Shown: one piece after another, positions 46,530 through 56,383 of the stretch
Numbering within the stretch: position 1 is the stretch's first letter
How the letters are laid out: each line of letters opens with the position of its first letter
The notes under the pieces: generated by a model
Database searches by the model: none
What the model saw: only the letters and a program-made list of their open reading frames with translations
What the model was told of the DNA's origin: nothing
Source of the DNA: an uncultured Gammaproteobacteria bacterium
Lineage (GTDB): Bacteria; Patescibacteriota; Patescibacteriia; UBA1558; GWA2-36-10
Reading direction: 5' to 3'
Assembly: GCA_964638415.1 (NCBI GenBank)
Contig: CAZWYP010000002.1
Location: 97,997 to 161,996 of the forward strand
DNA length: 64,000 nt
Made by a program: the position numbers and the translations under genes

Positions 46530-48872
46530 ATGCTAGTGAATAAAAAAATATTAAGTCGTTTTATTTGGGTATTGTTGGGGTTAATAATGTTAACTCCACT
46601 GTATGTTAATAGCGACTGGTTTTTCCCTTATATTTTTTCTAAGACTTTAGCCTTTAGAATTCTGGTTGAAGTCTTATTTTTAGTCTGGCTAGCCTGGCTT
46701 TATACTGCTAGAGAAAAAATAAAAATAGACTGGTTGACTATTATCTTTACTGTCTTCATGTTAACCATGTTTATTTCTTCGCTATTCGGCCCTTATTTTT
46801 ATTTCAGTTTTTGGAGCAATATTGAGCGCAGCGAAGGTTTGTTACTCTGGTTGCACTTATTTGCTTTATTCTTAGTCCTGCGCAATTTTATTGTCGGCCG
46901 TAATCAGTGGAAAATTTTGATAAACATATTCTTTGCTTCCGCCCAGATTGTCGCCTTAATCGGATTATTGCAGTATTTTAACGTGGATTTTATTAATCAT
47001 GGAGCTGCTAGTGATGAACGAGTTTCTTCCACTATTGGTAATGCCGCTTATTTAGCTGGATATTTATTATTTGCCGCTTACTTTGGCTTGTATTTATTAT
47101 TTAAGCACCGCCAGAACATTTATCTGAAGGCTTATTATCTTGCTTTTGTCTTGATGGATCTTTTTGTAATGGCGCAGACCGGTACTAGAGGAGCTTTTTT
47201 GGCCTTAATTATTACCGCTTTTTTATTCTTAGTTTACAATGTTATCCAGTTAAAAAATAGAAAGTTTAAATACTCCTTACTATTAGTCGGAGTTTTAATT
47301 GCTTTAAGTATTGTTTTAGTTTATTTAAATAAAGATAGTAATTTTGTAAAAAACAGTCTGCCTCTGCAGCGCTTAGCTAACATTTCTTTTAGTGAGAGGA
47401 CCGCTCAAACTCGCTTAATGGCCTGGAATGCGGCCTGGCAGGGCTTTTTAGATAGGCCACTGTTAGGCTGGGGCAATGAGAATTATTATATTGTATTCAA
47501 TAGGTATTTTGATCCGGAGATTTATTCCCATGCTGGGTCTCGCGTTTGGTTTGATCGGGCGCATAATATTTTCTTGGATCATTTGGTGAACGGAGGAATA
47601 ATTGGTTTTATTGCTTATTTATTTTTCCTTTTCGGTCCGATCTGGATTTTATTTAAAAGGGGAGTCTGGTCTAATTCTTTATGGTCTAAATTTAGGAAAA
47701 AATTGCCAATAGGAGCTCCGGTTAAAATGAATTTTGGTAATCAGATGCTGTTGTTGTCTACGCTTGCTTTCGTGATTCAAGGATTATTAGTATTTGAAGC
47801 TCTGGTTACTTATCTTCCCTTACTGATAATCTGGGCTATGATTGGCGAGAAGTATTTTAAGACCAAGTGGGAAATAGGTAGTCGTAATATATTCTTATGG
47901 ACTACAGTTGTTTATTTACTGGCCCTTTTTCCTATTATGTATTATGTAAATTACCGCGAAGCCAAGGCTAGTGGTGCGGTCATTGAAGCTTTGCGTTTAG
48001 AAAACGCTGATTATGCCGCTTCCAAGGAAATTACCAGTAATAATTATATTAAAGCTATTGAGACCTACTACCAAGCTATTAATTACAACAGTTCAGGGAC
48101 CAATGAATATCGCCGTAGATTAGCAGAGTATGTTGATGGACTAGTGGTTGGCCGGAATATTACTCCTTATGAGGCTTTGAAATACGTAGAGGAATTAGAT
48201 AAGGAATTATATAAGCGTTTGGAGGAAAATCCTTATGATGCCGCTAATTTAATACTGCTAATGCGCCATTATAATTATACTTATATTTTAAATTATAACC
48301 GCTTGTATGAAGTCGCTAAAATTGGAGAATTATTAAAAGCCTTAAGTCCAACTAGACCCCAGCTTTATCATGAATTAGGCTATGCCGATCTTTATTTATA
48401 CCAGCATTTTAGGGACGCCGGCGATACAGTGCAAGCAGAAAAATACCAGAAATCATTGTTAGATAATTTCCAATACGCTATTGATTTGAACAATGACGTA
48501 GTGGAATCTTATGTTAATATGATTATGTCTTTAATTGCTTCTGATCAGCCGGATAAGGTACAAGGTTATTTAGATATTATGGATCAGATGCAGCTCAATT
48601 ATTACCGGGAAGATTATCTGAACCGTATGGTTAATTCCGCTATTAATGCCAAGGATTATTTTTGGATGGAGAAACTGTTGAATGTTCTTATTGAAAAATA
48701 CCCAGAGAACCCTAACTATTTAATCCGTTTAGCTGTTGCTTATGCTTCCCAGGATAAGGATGATTTAGCCATTTCCACAGCAGAGAGAGTAAAAAGTTTT
48801 GGCGCCCAGTATAATTCTCAAGTAGATGAATTTGTCAGGCAAGTTCGAGCAGGAACTTTCCAGATTGAATAA
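46530..48872 (+). CDS. O-antigen ligase/polymerase (Wzy_C) family polytopic membrane protein fused to a TPR-like C-terminal domain of about 350 aa. Candidate O-oligosaccharyltransferase.
   Basis: About 12 TM helices. Wzy_C-like region with GTRGAFLAL...AHNIFLDHLVNGGIIG. Long TPR-like tail. Confidence 0.65.
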   Translation: MLVNKKILSRFIWVLLGLIMLTPLYVNSDWFFPYIFSKTLAFRILVEVLFLVWLAWLYTAREKIKIDWLTIIFTVFMLTMFISSLFGPYFYFSFWSNIERSEGLLLWLHLFALFLVLRNFIVGRNQWKILINIFFASAQIVALIGLLQYFNVDFINHGAASDERVSSTIGNAAYLAGYLLFAAYFGLYLLFKHRQNIYLKAYYLAFVLMDLFVMAQTGTRGAFLALIITAFLFLVYNVIQLKNRKFKYSLLLVGVLIALSIVLVYLNKDSNFVKNSLPLQRLANISFSERTAQTRLMAWNAAWQGFLDRPLLGWGNENYYIVFNRYFDPEIYSHAGSRVWFDRAHNIFLDHLVNGGIIGFIAYLFFLFGPIWILFKRGVWSNSLWSKFRKKLPIGAPVKMNFGNQMLLLSTLAFVIQGLLVFEALVTYLPLLIIWAMIGEKYFKTKWEIGSRNIFLWTTVVYLLALFPIMYYVNYREAKASGAVIEALRLENADYAASKEITSNNYIKAIETYYQAINYNSSGTNEYRRRLAEYVDGLVVGRNITPYEALKYVEELDKELYKRLEENPYDAANLILLMRHYNYTYILNYNRLYEVAKIGELLKALSPTRPQLYHELGYADLYLYQHFRDAGDTVQAEKYQKSLLDNFQYAIDLNNDVVESYVNMIMSLIASDQPDKVQGYLDIMDQMQLNYYREDYLNRMVNSAINAKDYFWMEKLLNVLIEKYPENPNYLIRLAVAYASQDKDDLAISTAERVKSFGAQYNSQVDEFVRQVRAGTFQIE

Positions 48873-48885
48873 TTAATTATTAGTA

Positions 48886-50586
48886 ATGAAATTAGCCATT
48901 GGTTTGTCAAAAATTAAGTGGCCGCAAATCGCTATAGTAGCTATATTATTATTAGCTACTATTTTGCGTTTTTACGCGCTGGATCGGGCTGATGTCTTGA
49001 CTGACGAAGCTTCAGTCAGCTTCCGCTCCATTGGCTATTTTGACTGGCTGGCTACTCCTTACCAAACTACGCCCTTAGAGTGGCTGTCTAGCCGTCCCAC
49101 TTGGACTTATTTATCTTTTCATGATCATCCTCCTTTCAGCTTTTTGCTGCAATTCTTGCAATTTAAAATTACTGGCGTTTCCATTTTAACTATGCGGTTC
49201 TGGCCGGCTCTCTATGGCGTATTAAGCGTTTGGCTGGTTTATTTAATTGGCCGCCGTTTATTCTCCAACAGCCTTGGTCTATTAGCAGCTGGGTTATTAG
49301 CTGTTAACAATCTGCATATCTGGATCTCTCGTTTAGCTTTGCAGGAGTCATTGGTTGTCTTATTGATTTTAACCAGCTTTTACTGGTGGCTGAAATTTTT
49401 GGAAAATAGGAAGTATTTTTATTGGTTGGGGTTATTCATAGGTTTAAGCTTATTGGCCAAATTAACAGCCATTATTTTACTGCCGATAATCTTTGGCTAT
49501 CTTATTTTCTGGCGGAAAGATATTCTACGCTGGCGGGAATTTTACTGGGCAGTAATTATTGCACTGGCCGTCTGGTCGCCTTATTGGGTTTATAATATTA
49601 TTTTGTATCAGAATTTCGGCCATTTTGATTTCCAATTATCCTGGCTTTTAGGACAGCCGGTAGAAGCTTGGCAACAGCGCCCCGGGCGTACGGAAGTGCC
49701 TAATAAGTCATCAGCTTTGTTTTTTATCTTTGGCGGCCTTAAGTATAGCTTGTCTCCAATATTCTTTTGGCTGGTTAATTTGAGCTTAGTGGCAGGGATA
49801 ATTAAGTTATTTAAGGATAAATTCAGCGATAAGAATTTTTCTTATTTACTATGGATAATTTTATCTCATCTTATCCTTTTGATTTTTATCGGCAGCAGCG
49901 CCAGATTTCTTGCTCTGCTCACCCCTTGGCTGTGCTTATTGTTAGCCTATGCTTTATTAATTTGGCATCGTTATTTTTCCCAGGTCTTCATGATTATTAT
50001 TTTATGCTTGATATTTGTGGTCGAAGTTTTTTATAGCTATAATACCAATATTAATTATGTTTTTTGGGGCAAGAAGAATATTACTTATTCGCCGTTGAAG
50101 AGCCAGGCTTATCCTTATGGCTATAACCAGCTAGAAAATTATTTTGATAATCTGTTATCCAACCAGAAACCAGCTGTGCTGTTATCTGTAGTGAATCCAA
50201 ACATTAATAATTTTATTAAAGAGCAAGTTGCTAAAAATACCGGACAGCCGCAAGCTAAGATGGTCATTTATGACCAGCGCTTGCAAGGGGAGAGCTTACT
50301 GTGGTTTTTTACCAGAAGATTTTTTTACCAAGGCTGGCCTATGCTGCCCTATGATACTTACCAGCAGGCCCTATCTTTGCAAGGCGAGGATTTATTTCGC
50401 CAGTTGGGAATCAAAGACTTTTACTATGTGATGCCCACTGATGTGCTGCCGCTGGATTTAACTAATGAGGCGGCTAATAATGAGCTTGTTAATTTTGTTT
50501 CTCGTTTACAAGAACAGGGGATACAGCCGCAAAAAATATTTAATCATCAGGGGAAATTAATATTTGAAGTTTACCATTTTAATTAA
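48886..50586 (+). CDS. GT-C fold glycosyltransferase of the PMT/ArnT (GT39/GT83-like) family.
   Basis: Polytopic N-terminus with a first-loop DE motif (LTDEASVSF). HDHPPFSFLL motif. Large C-terminal soluble domain. Confidence 0.7.
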   Translation: MKLAIGLSKIKWPQIAIVAILLLATILRFYALDRADVLTDEASVSFRSIGYFDWLATPYQTTPLEWLSSRPTWTYLSFHDHPPFSFLLQFLQFKITGVSILTMRFWPALYGVLSVWLVYLIGRRLFSNSLGLLAAGLLAVNNLHIWISRLALQESLVVLLILTSFYWWLKFLENRKYFYWLGLFIGLSLLAKLTAIILLPIIFGYLIFWRKDILRWREFYWAVIIALAVWSPYWVYNIILYQNFGHFDFQLSWLLGQPVEAWQQRPGRTEVPNKSSALFFIFGGLKYSLSPIFFWLVNLSLVAGIIKLFKDKFSDKNFSYLLWIILSHLILLIFIGSSARFLALLTPWLCLLLAYALLIWHRYFSQVFMIIILCLIFVVEVFYSYNTNINYVFWGKKNITYSPLKSQAYPYGYNQLENYFDNLLSNQKPAVLLSVVNPNINNFIKEQVAKNTGQPQAKMVIYDQRLQGESLLWFFTRRFFYQGWPMLPYDTYQQALSLQGEDLFRQLGIKDFYYVMPTDVLPLDLTNEAANNELVNFVSRLQEQGIQPQKIFNHQGKLIFEVYHFN

Positions 50587-50592
50587 AATCTT

Positions 50593-52341
50593 ATGGAATT
50601 CATGCAAAAATTTTGGCGCAAATTAAATCAGCGGGAATTGATTTTATTAGGGATTATTTTATTATTCGGCGCTTGGTTAAGATTAGTCAATCTGGACCGT
50701 GCTGACATGCTGTCTGATCCGGCAATTAACGCTTTTCGCGCTATTGGCTTGACTGACTTCCTAACTTCTCCGACGCAAACCACGCCTATGCAGTGGTTTG
50801 ATACTAAGCAATGGTGGCAGAATTTATCTTTTCATGACCACCCAATCCTGACTTTTTTAACCGAGCACATTTTCTTTAAAGCTTTTGGCGTTTCCGTCAC
50901 CGTCGCGCGTCTGCCCTTTGCGCTATTAGGAGCTTTAAGCATTTGGCTTATTTATTTATTAGCCAGTAGAGTTTTTAACAAGCAGATTGGTTTATTGTCT
51001 GCCGGATTATTGGCAGTAGTCAATTTCCATGTTTGGCTTTCCCGTTCCGGTTATTTGGAGTCATTTGTCATTGTTTTTATCCTGTTGTCATTATTTTTTG
51101 CTTACCAAGCCAGGAAAGAAAGAAAACATCTGTATTGGGCTGCATTATTTTTAGGCTTGGGATTATTGTCTAAATACACAATAATGTTTATCATTCCGTC
51201 TTTAATTATTTGGTGGCTTATTTATGACCGTAAGATTTTTGTTAATAAGCATTTTTATTTATCCATAGCTTTATTATTGTTAGTTATTAGCCCGATCATT
51301 ATCTACAATCTTAATATGTTTTGGACCAGGGGGCATTTTGATGCTGCTTTATCCAGTATGGTCGGACAAACCCCTGATGATTTTAAATTACTACAAAGGT
51401 CATTAGCTTCAGATTATCTAGGCAATATCTTGCTGCAGCTTAAAGAATTATCTCGAATTTTTAGTCCTGCTTCTATTATTGCCTTCATTCTAGGTTTAGC
51501 ATATTTTTTACTGCGCTGGTGGAAAACTAGCGATACCAAGCGCTTTGCTATTATACTCATACCATTAGCTTTCCTTTTCCTGCAAAATATATTTTTAGGC
51601 AATATCTGGTTTTTTAGCTTATACATTCCATTCTTGGTGATCATCTTATCTTACGGAATATACAAGCTAGCCATTTTTGTTAATAGGAAATTCAAGAAGT
51701 TTAGTGGTATTTTAATTATCCTCTTATTTGTTTTCTTTGTTTATGAAGCATTTTACAGTATTAATACCAATGTATTGTATCGGACAGTGGGTAGCAGCCC
51801 CTGGCTTTATTCTGAACACCGGCAAGAAAATTTCGGGTATAATCGTCTAGATAAGTATTTAAATAATGTTTTAGCAGATTACCATGGTAGCCTATTCTTA
51901 GATTACTACAAGGATTATCCCCAGGTTTCTAGTTATTATGCAAGATTACAAGAGCAGCCATTGAATTATTTGCCTAGGGGAGAAAAGCAGACTGACGTGG
52001 TATATATTTATGATCCGCGGGTAGATTGGTTTGCTCAGATGTGGATTTTTGAGCGCAGAAAAATTTATCAGCAATTTACTATGCTGACCGTTGACCAATT
52101 CGCTTTCCTTTTAGGTAATAACGGATTTAAGCCTTTTGAGGAAAGCGGCTTGACCAAGTATTATTTTATTAACACTACGGATAAGGTTACCAGAGATAGT
52201 AAATTGACAACCGCTCAGGGAGATATATTAGCTAATTATTTAGCAGAGAAAAATATACAACCGATTGATGAGATATATAATAACCGCAATGAAATTGCTT
52301 TTGTGATTTATGAGATACCGCCAGAAGTGCTGTTGAAGTAA
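50593..52341 (+). CDS. Second PMT/ArnT-like GT-C glycosyltransferase, a tandem paralog.
   Basis: Same architecture (LSDPAINAFRAIGLTDF...HDHPILTFL). Clearly homologous to the upstream gene. Confidence 0.7.
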   Translation: MEFMQKFWRKLNQRELILLGIILLFGAWLRLVNLDRADMLSDPAINAFRAIGLTDFLTSPTQTTPMQWFDTKQWWQNLSFHDHPILTFLTEHIFFKAFGVSVTVARLPFALLGALSIWLIYLLASRVFNKQIGLLSAGLLAVVNFHVWLSRSGYLESFVIVFILLSLFFAYQARKERKHLYWAALFLGLGLLSKYTIMFIIPSLIIWWLIYDRKIFVNKHFYLSIALLLLVISPIIIYNLNMFWTRGHFDAALSSMVGQTPDDFKLLQRSLASDYLGNILLQLKELSRIFSPASIIAFILGLAYFLLRWWKTSDTKRFAIILIPLAFLFLQNIFLGNIWFFSLYIPFLVIILSYGIYKLAIFVNRKFKKFSGILIILLFVFFVYEAFYSINTNVLYRTVGSSPWLYSEHRQENFGYNRLDKYLNNVLADYHGSLFLDYYKDYPQVSSYYARLQEQPLNYLPRGEKQTDVVYIYDPRVDWFAQMWIFERRKIYQQFTMLTVDQFAFLLGNNGFKPFEESGLTKYYFINTTDKVTRDSKLTTAQGDILANYLAEKNIQPIDEIYNNRNEIAFVIYEIPPEVLLK

Positions 52342-52344
52342 AAT

Positions 52345-52380
52345 AAAAACGCCTGGACTATTATTCCAGGCGTTTTGTTT
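52345..52380. terminator. Bidirectional terminator between convergent genes.
   Basis: AAAACGCCTGGA-ctattat-TCCAGGCGTTTTGTTT. Confidence 0.75.
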
Positions 52381-52386
52381 AGAAGT

Positions 52387-52782
52387 TTATATTTTAGCAA
52401 ACGGCTCCATAGACATGATTATTTGACTTTCTTGGTGGCTGATTAGTTTTCTATTTTCAACAGTTTCTACCAGTTTGAGTAATTTATTATCCTCTTTGCG
52501 GATCATGACGATGAGATCACCGCGTAGATCCATTAGCTTTTCATCTAAGTAATCCTTGGTGACTATTTTATTTTGGATGATGCTTTCAACATTAGTTAAT
52601 CTTTGATCTAAACCATCGAATCTGTTCTCCAGGCCATCGAACCTGTTTTCTAAACCATCGAATCTGTTTTCCAGTGTATTAAACCTATTTTCCATATGTT
52701 CCGCAAAAGTATTAACTGCTGACAATACAGTATCAATAGATTGTTGTAAATCCTCCTTAGTTAAATAATCGTTTTTCTTCAT
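52387..52782 (-). CDS. Coiled-coil protein with tandem heptad repeats (ENRFDGL x3-4).
   Basis: Repeats NRFNTLENRFDGLENRFDGLENRFDGLDQRL. Encoded by 21-nt tandem DNA repeats. Confidence 0.45.
   Translation of the reverse strand: MKKNDYLTKEDLQQSIDTVLSAVNTFAEHMENRFNTLENRFDGLENRFDGLENRFDGLDQRLTNVESIIQNKIVTKDYLDEKLMDLRGDLIVMIRKEDNKLLKLVETVENRKLISHQESQIIMSMEPFAKI
52608..52693. repeat. Four tandem 21-nt repeats (consensus AAACCATCGAATCTGTTTTCC on the plus strand) inside the coiled-coil gene.
   Basis: Direct reading. The units are in frame and encode the ENRFDGL heptads on the minus strand. Confidence 0.7.
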
Positions 52783-52839
52783 ATTTTCTTCTTAATTTAT
52801 TAGATTTTAATTATATTCCAGCTTATTTTATTAGTCAAA

Positions 52840-54027
52840 TTAAAATAGTTTACAGTATAATTTTTCCGTTTCTGCTAGAGTTTTATTTAAAGAAAATCTG
52901 GTGCGGATATTGTGTTCGTTGTTTTCAATAAGTTTTTTACTTAAAATCTGGTTATTAGCAAGAGTTTCCATAGCCTTCAGCAAGGAAAGAGGATTAGCGG
53001 GAGTGGTTAATAATCCAGTTTCATTATCGGTTAAGATTTCCGGAATGCCGCCAACGCGGGAAGCAATGGTGGGAATTCCTGCTAGTCCTGCTTCCAGAAT
53101 AGTATAGGGCAACCCTTCTTTGACGGAGGGGAGGATAAAGTAGTCAAAAGCTTTTAAAAATTTCCAGTCATTATTTTTAGCTGGTACTATTTTAATATAC
53201 TCCTGCAGATTATTGCGTTCTATTTTCCCTTTAATATTATTTTCTTCCGGACCTTCGCCAATAAAAATCCAACGATGATTTTGTAATAATGGTGACTTTT
53301 GCTCAACTAAGCTTTTTATTGCTTCAATTAAATAGGGATAGCCTTTAGTCTCATAGAAACTGGCGATGGTGCCAAAGTATTTTTTATCTTCAGACAAGCC
53401 AAGCTCTTGTTTGGCTTCGGCTTTGGACAAGAAATCGTATTCAGAAAAATCCAGTCCATTATGAATAGTGATCATTTTCCTGGCTGGGCAGATCTTATTA
53501 TCTAAAGCGCTTTGCTTGTCAAAGTCAGAAACAGTAATAATAGCAGTCTGCAGCCCAGTAGAGAATTTCTCTGACATTTTATAGATCAACTTCTGCAGTT
53601 TATTTAGCGGCTCATTAAAGACAAAGCCGTGCGCAGTATAGACTATTCTGGTTCTGACATTGAGAGGATTCATATTGTATCCTTGGGCGGCTAAAGTGCC
53701 TAATAGGCCGACCTTAGAGCTGTTAAGATGAATTAAATTATATTGCCCTTGCTTAATAATCTTACTTAAGTCTCTAATAGCGGACAGCTCTTTGGCTGGT
53801 TCAATGTTGCGCATTAAGTTTTTAACAGGAATAGTTTTAATGCCTAATTTATCTGCTTGGTCAAGAAAAGTCTGATCAAGATTGGCAATTTCCCCATAAG
53901 CAATTTCTACTTGATTATCTTTGGCAAAATATTTAGCCAATTGCCAGACATACTTTTGCGCGCCACCCCATTTAGTTTGAGTGACTATGTAGAGAATTTT
54001 TTTACCTGATAGTTTATTTTCTGGCAT
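52840..54027 (-). CDS. Glycosyltransferase family 4 (GT-B, RfaB-like).
   Basis: C-terminal EGLPYTILEAGLAGIPTIASRVGGIPEI motif. Confidence 0.8.
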   Translation of the reverse strand: MPENKLSGKKILYIVTQTKWGGAQKYVWQLAKYFAKDNQVEIAYGEIANLDQTFLDQADKLGIKTIPVKNLMRNIEPAKELSAIRDLSKIIKQGQYNLIHLNSSKVGLLGTLAAQGYNMNPLNVRTRIVYTAHGFVFNEPLNKLQKLIYKMSEKFSTGLQTAIITVSDFDKQSALDNKICPARKMITIHNGLDFSEYDFLSKAEAKQELGLSEDKKYFGTIASFYETKGYPYLIEAIKSLVEQKSPLLQNHRWIFIGEGPEENNIKGKIERNNLQEYIKIVPAKNNDWKFLKAFDYFILPSVKEGLPYTILEAGLAGIPTIASRVGGIPEILTDNETGLLTTPANPLSLLKAMETLANNQILSKKLIENNEHNIRTRFSLNKTLAETEKLYCKLF

Positions 54028-54056
54028 ATTTTGGCTAAAATTAGCTATATTTTAGA

Positions 54057-54085
54057 TTGACTTTTTACTTGATTATTGGTATAAT
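54057..54085 (+). promoter_or_regulatory. Sigma70-like promoter (TTGACT-17-TATAAT) for the downstream glycosyltransferase operon.
   Basis: ttgactttttacttgattattggtataat. Confidence 0.5.
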
Positions 54086-54125
54086 TTTATAGAATTTAAG
54101 AAGATAAATCAAGAGCAGCGGAAGC

Positions 54126-55253
54126 ATGAAAATATTAATTGCTACAGGAATATTTAAACCGGAAATCGGCGGGCCGGCTACTTATGTGGATAAGATAGCT
54201 AAGGAATTTTTGCGCTTAGGACATCAAGTGTCGGTTTTAACCTACAGTGATCAATATTTTCCAGAATTAGATAAACAATTGGATTATCCTGTTAAAAGAG
54301 TGATTAGAACTAATAAGCTGCAGAATTATTGGCGGTATTACCAGGCAGTCAAAGAAATTAGCCAGCAGAACAATTTTGATTTGCTTTATTGTTTTGATCA
54401 TTTCAGCGCCGGTTTACCTGTTGCTATGGCTAATTTAAAATTACACCGGCCTTTATTTATCCGCGTCGGCGGAGATTTTATCTGGGAAAGATATTTAGAG
54501 CAGTCTGGAAATTTAGTCACTTTGCGTCAATTCTATTTGCAGAAACTCCATTTAAAAACAGAAGCTTGGCGCTTTAAAATTATTAAGTGGGTTTTTAGTA
54601 AGGCCACCAAAATAATTTTTACTACGGAATTTCAAGCCAATATCTTTATTAAGAATTATAAATTAAAGTCAGATAAGCTGGCAATAATTAAAAATCCAGT
54701 GGAGAATAATTTAGTAATTAATGAAGATCATCAAAGGAGTAAGGAAATAGTTTTTATTGGCAGGTTGATTAATAACAGTAATTTAAAAAATTTAATTACA
54801 GCTTTTGACAAGATTAAAGATAAAAGTTTTTCTTTACATATAATCGGTGAAGGTCCATTGTGGAATAAGCTGCAGAATTTGATATTAAAATATGAAAATG
54901 TTTATTTAGAGCATAAGGTATTAGATCAGGAATTATTAGAGAGATTGCAACGGGCTTACCTGGTTGTTTTTCCCCAATTGACGAATATTAGCCCTAACAC
55001 CATGCTAGAATGTTTAAAGTTACAGACCCCTTTTATTAGCACTCAGGAAATAGGCTTTAACTGGTTAAAAGATAGCATTATTACTTTTAATCCACTGGAT
55101 ATTGATGACATGTCAAATAAGATTAGTTATTTGACTGATACTAACCATTATACTGAATATTGTAAAAAATTGTCGCAAATTGAATATTCTTATGACTACC
55201 AGCAAGCAGCGGACGATACGCTGAAGTTATTTAAAGAGCGGTCACCAAAATAA
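54126..55253 (+). CDS. GT4-like glycosyltransferase.
   Basis: N-terminal KILIATGIFKPEIGGPATYV GT4 N-domain. GT-B C-terminal domain. Confidence 0.65.
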   Translation: MKILIATGIFKPEIGGPATYVDKIAKEFLRLGHQVSVLTYSDQYFPELDKQLDYPVKRVIRTNKLQNYWRYYQAVKEISQQNNFDLLYCFDHFSAGLPVAMANLKLHRPLFIRVGGDFIWERYLEQSGNLVTLRQFYLQKLHLKTEAWRFKIIKWVFSKATKIIFTTEFQANIFIKNYKLKSDKLAIIKNPVENNLVINEDHQRSKEIVFIGRLINNSNLKNLITAFDKIKDKSFSLHIIGEGPLWNKLQNLILKYENVYLEHKVLDQELLERLQRAYLVVFPQLTNISPNTMLECLKLQTPFISTQEIGFNWLKDSIITFNPLDIDDMSNKISYLTDTNHYTEYCKKLSQIEYSYDYQQAADDTLKLFKERSPK

Positions 55254-55258
55254 TCAAT

Positions 55259-56383
55259 ATGAATATAGTTAATATTGGCATAGATAAAAGTTTGGTCGGC
55301 GGCCGACAATTAGGTGATGCGGTGGCCAGGCATAAAAAGTATGGTGAATATACCGATCATCTGGATATTATCGTTTATACCGATCAGGAAGATAAGCTGG
55401 AAAAATATTATATTTCAGATAAGGTTTTAGGCCATCCTACCAATTCCCGGTCAAAATTGAATTTCTTTTTTGATACCCAAGAGATTTTTAAGAAGATAAA
55501 TGAACAGCATCCGGTAGATATTATTGTCTGCCAAGATCCATTTATTTGCGGTTTAATCGGCATTTGGCTGAAAAAGAAATTTCCCGTCAAAGTGCAAATA
55601 AATTTCCACGGCGATTTCTGGCAGAATACCAATTGGCTCAAAGAGCGCTGGTTAAATTTTATCTTTCTATTAGTTTCCAAATACACAGTATTTAAAGCTG
55701 ACGCCATTAGGGTGATGAGCGAAGGGCAGAAAGAAAAATTAATTAAAGCCGGCATTAAAGCCAATAAGATTAGAGTAATTTCTACGCCGGTTAATATCGA
55801 CAATTTCCTTGCTAAACAACCTTTACCAGCAGAATTAAAGACAGAAAAAAAGGTAATATTAATGGTAGGAAGAAAAGATAAGGTTAAAGATTTTTCAACC
55901 CTATTTAAAGCTATTTGTTTGGTCTATGAAAAGTTTGTTAATCTAGAATTTTGGTTAGTAGGCAATTACACAGAAGAGGAAAAATCAAAATTGCCACTCC
56001 CACCAAAATTAACTGTTAAGCTTTTTGGCAGAACAGATATTAATGACTTGCCAAAGTATTACCAAGCAGCTGATTTAACAGTCTTATCGTCCACTTCAGA
56101 AAGTTTCGGCAAAGTTTTGGTAGAAGCTAATGCTGCCGGGAAACCGGTTATTGCTACTACTACCACCGGCGCTAAAGAAATAATTCAGGATGGGCACAAT
56201 GGATACTTGGTGCCCATTAAGGATTACCAGGCTTTGGCAGATAAGGTTCTTTATTTATTAAACAATCCAGATCAGGCTAAAAAGATGGGCGAGAATGGCT
56301 TAACTTTAGTTAAGGAAAGGTTTTCGGATAATACGGATAAAATAATTAATTTCTGGCAGGATATTATTAATAATAAGTTGTGA
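55259..56383 (+). CDS. Glycosyltransferase family 4.
   Basis: ESFGKVLVEANAAGKPVIATTTTGAKEII motif. Confidence 0.8.
   Translation: MNIVNIGIDKSLVGGRQLGDAVARHKKYGEYTDHLDIIVYTDQEDKLEKYYISDKVLGHPTNSRSKLNFFFDTQEIFKKINEQHPVDIIVCQDPFICGLIGIWLKKKFPVKVQINFHGDFWQNTNWLKERWLNFIFLLVSKYTVFKADAIRVMSEGQKEKLIKAGIKANKIRVISTPVNIDNFLAKQPLPAELKTEKKVILMVGRKDKVKDFSTLFKAICLVYEKFVNLEFWLVGNYTEEEKSKLPLPPKLTVKLFGRTDINDLPKYYQAADLTVLSSTSESFGKVLVEANAAGKPVIATTTTGAKEIIQDGHNGYLVPIKDYQALADKVLYLLNNPDQAKKMGENGLTLVKERFSDNTDKIINFWQDIINNKL

Noticed and set aside
52901-53107. 68-aa plus-strand ORF.
   Set aside because: Antisense within the minus-strand GT4 gene 52840-54027.
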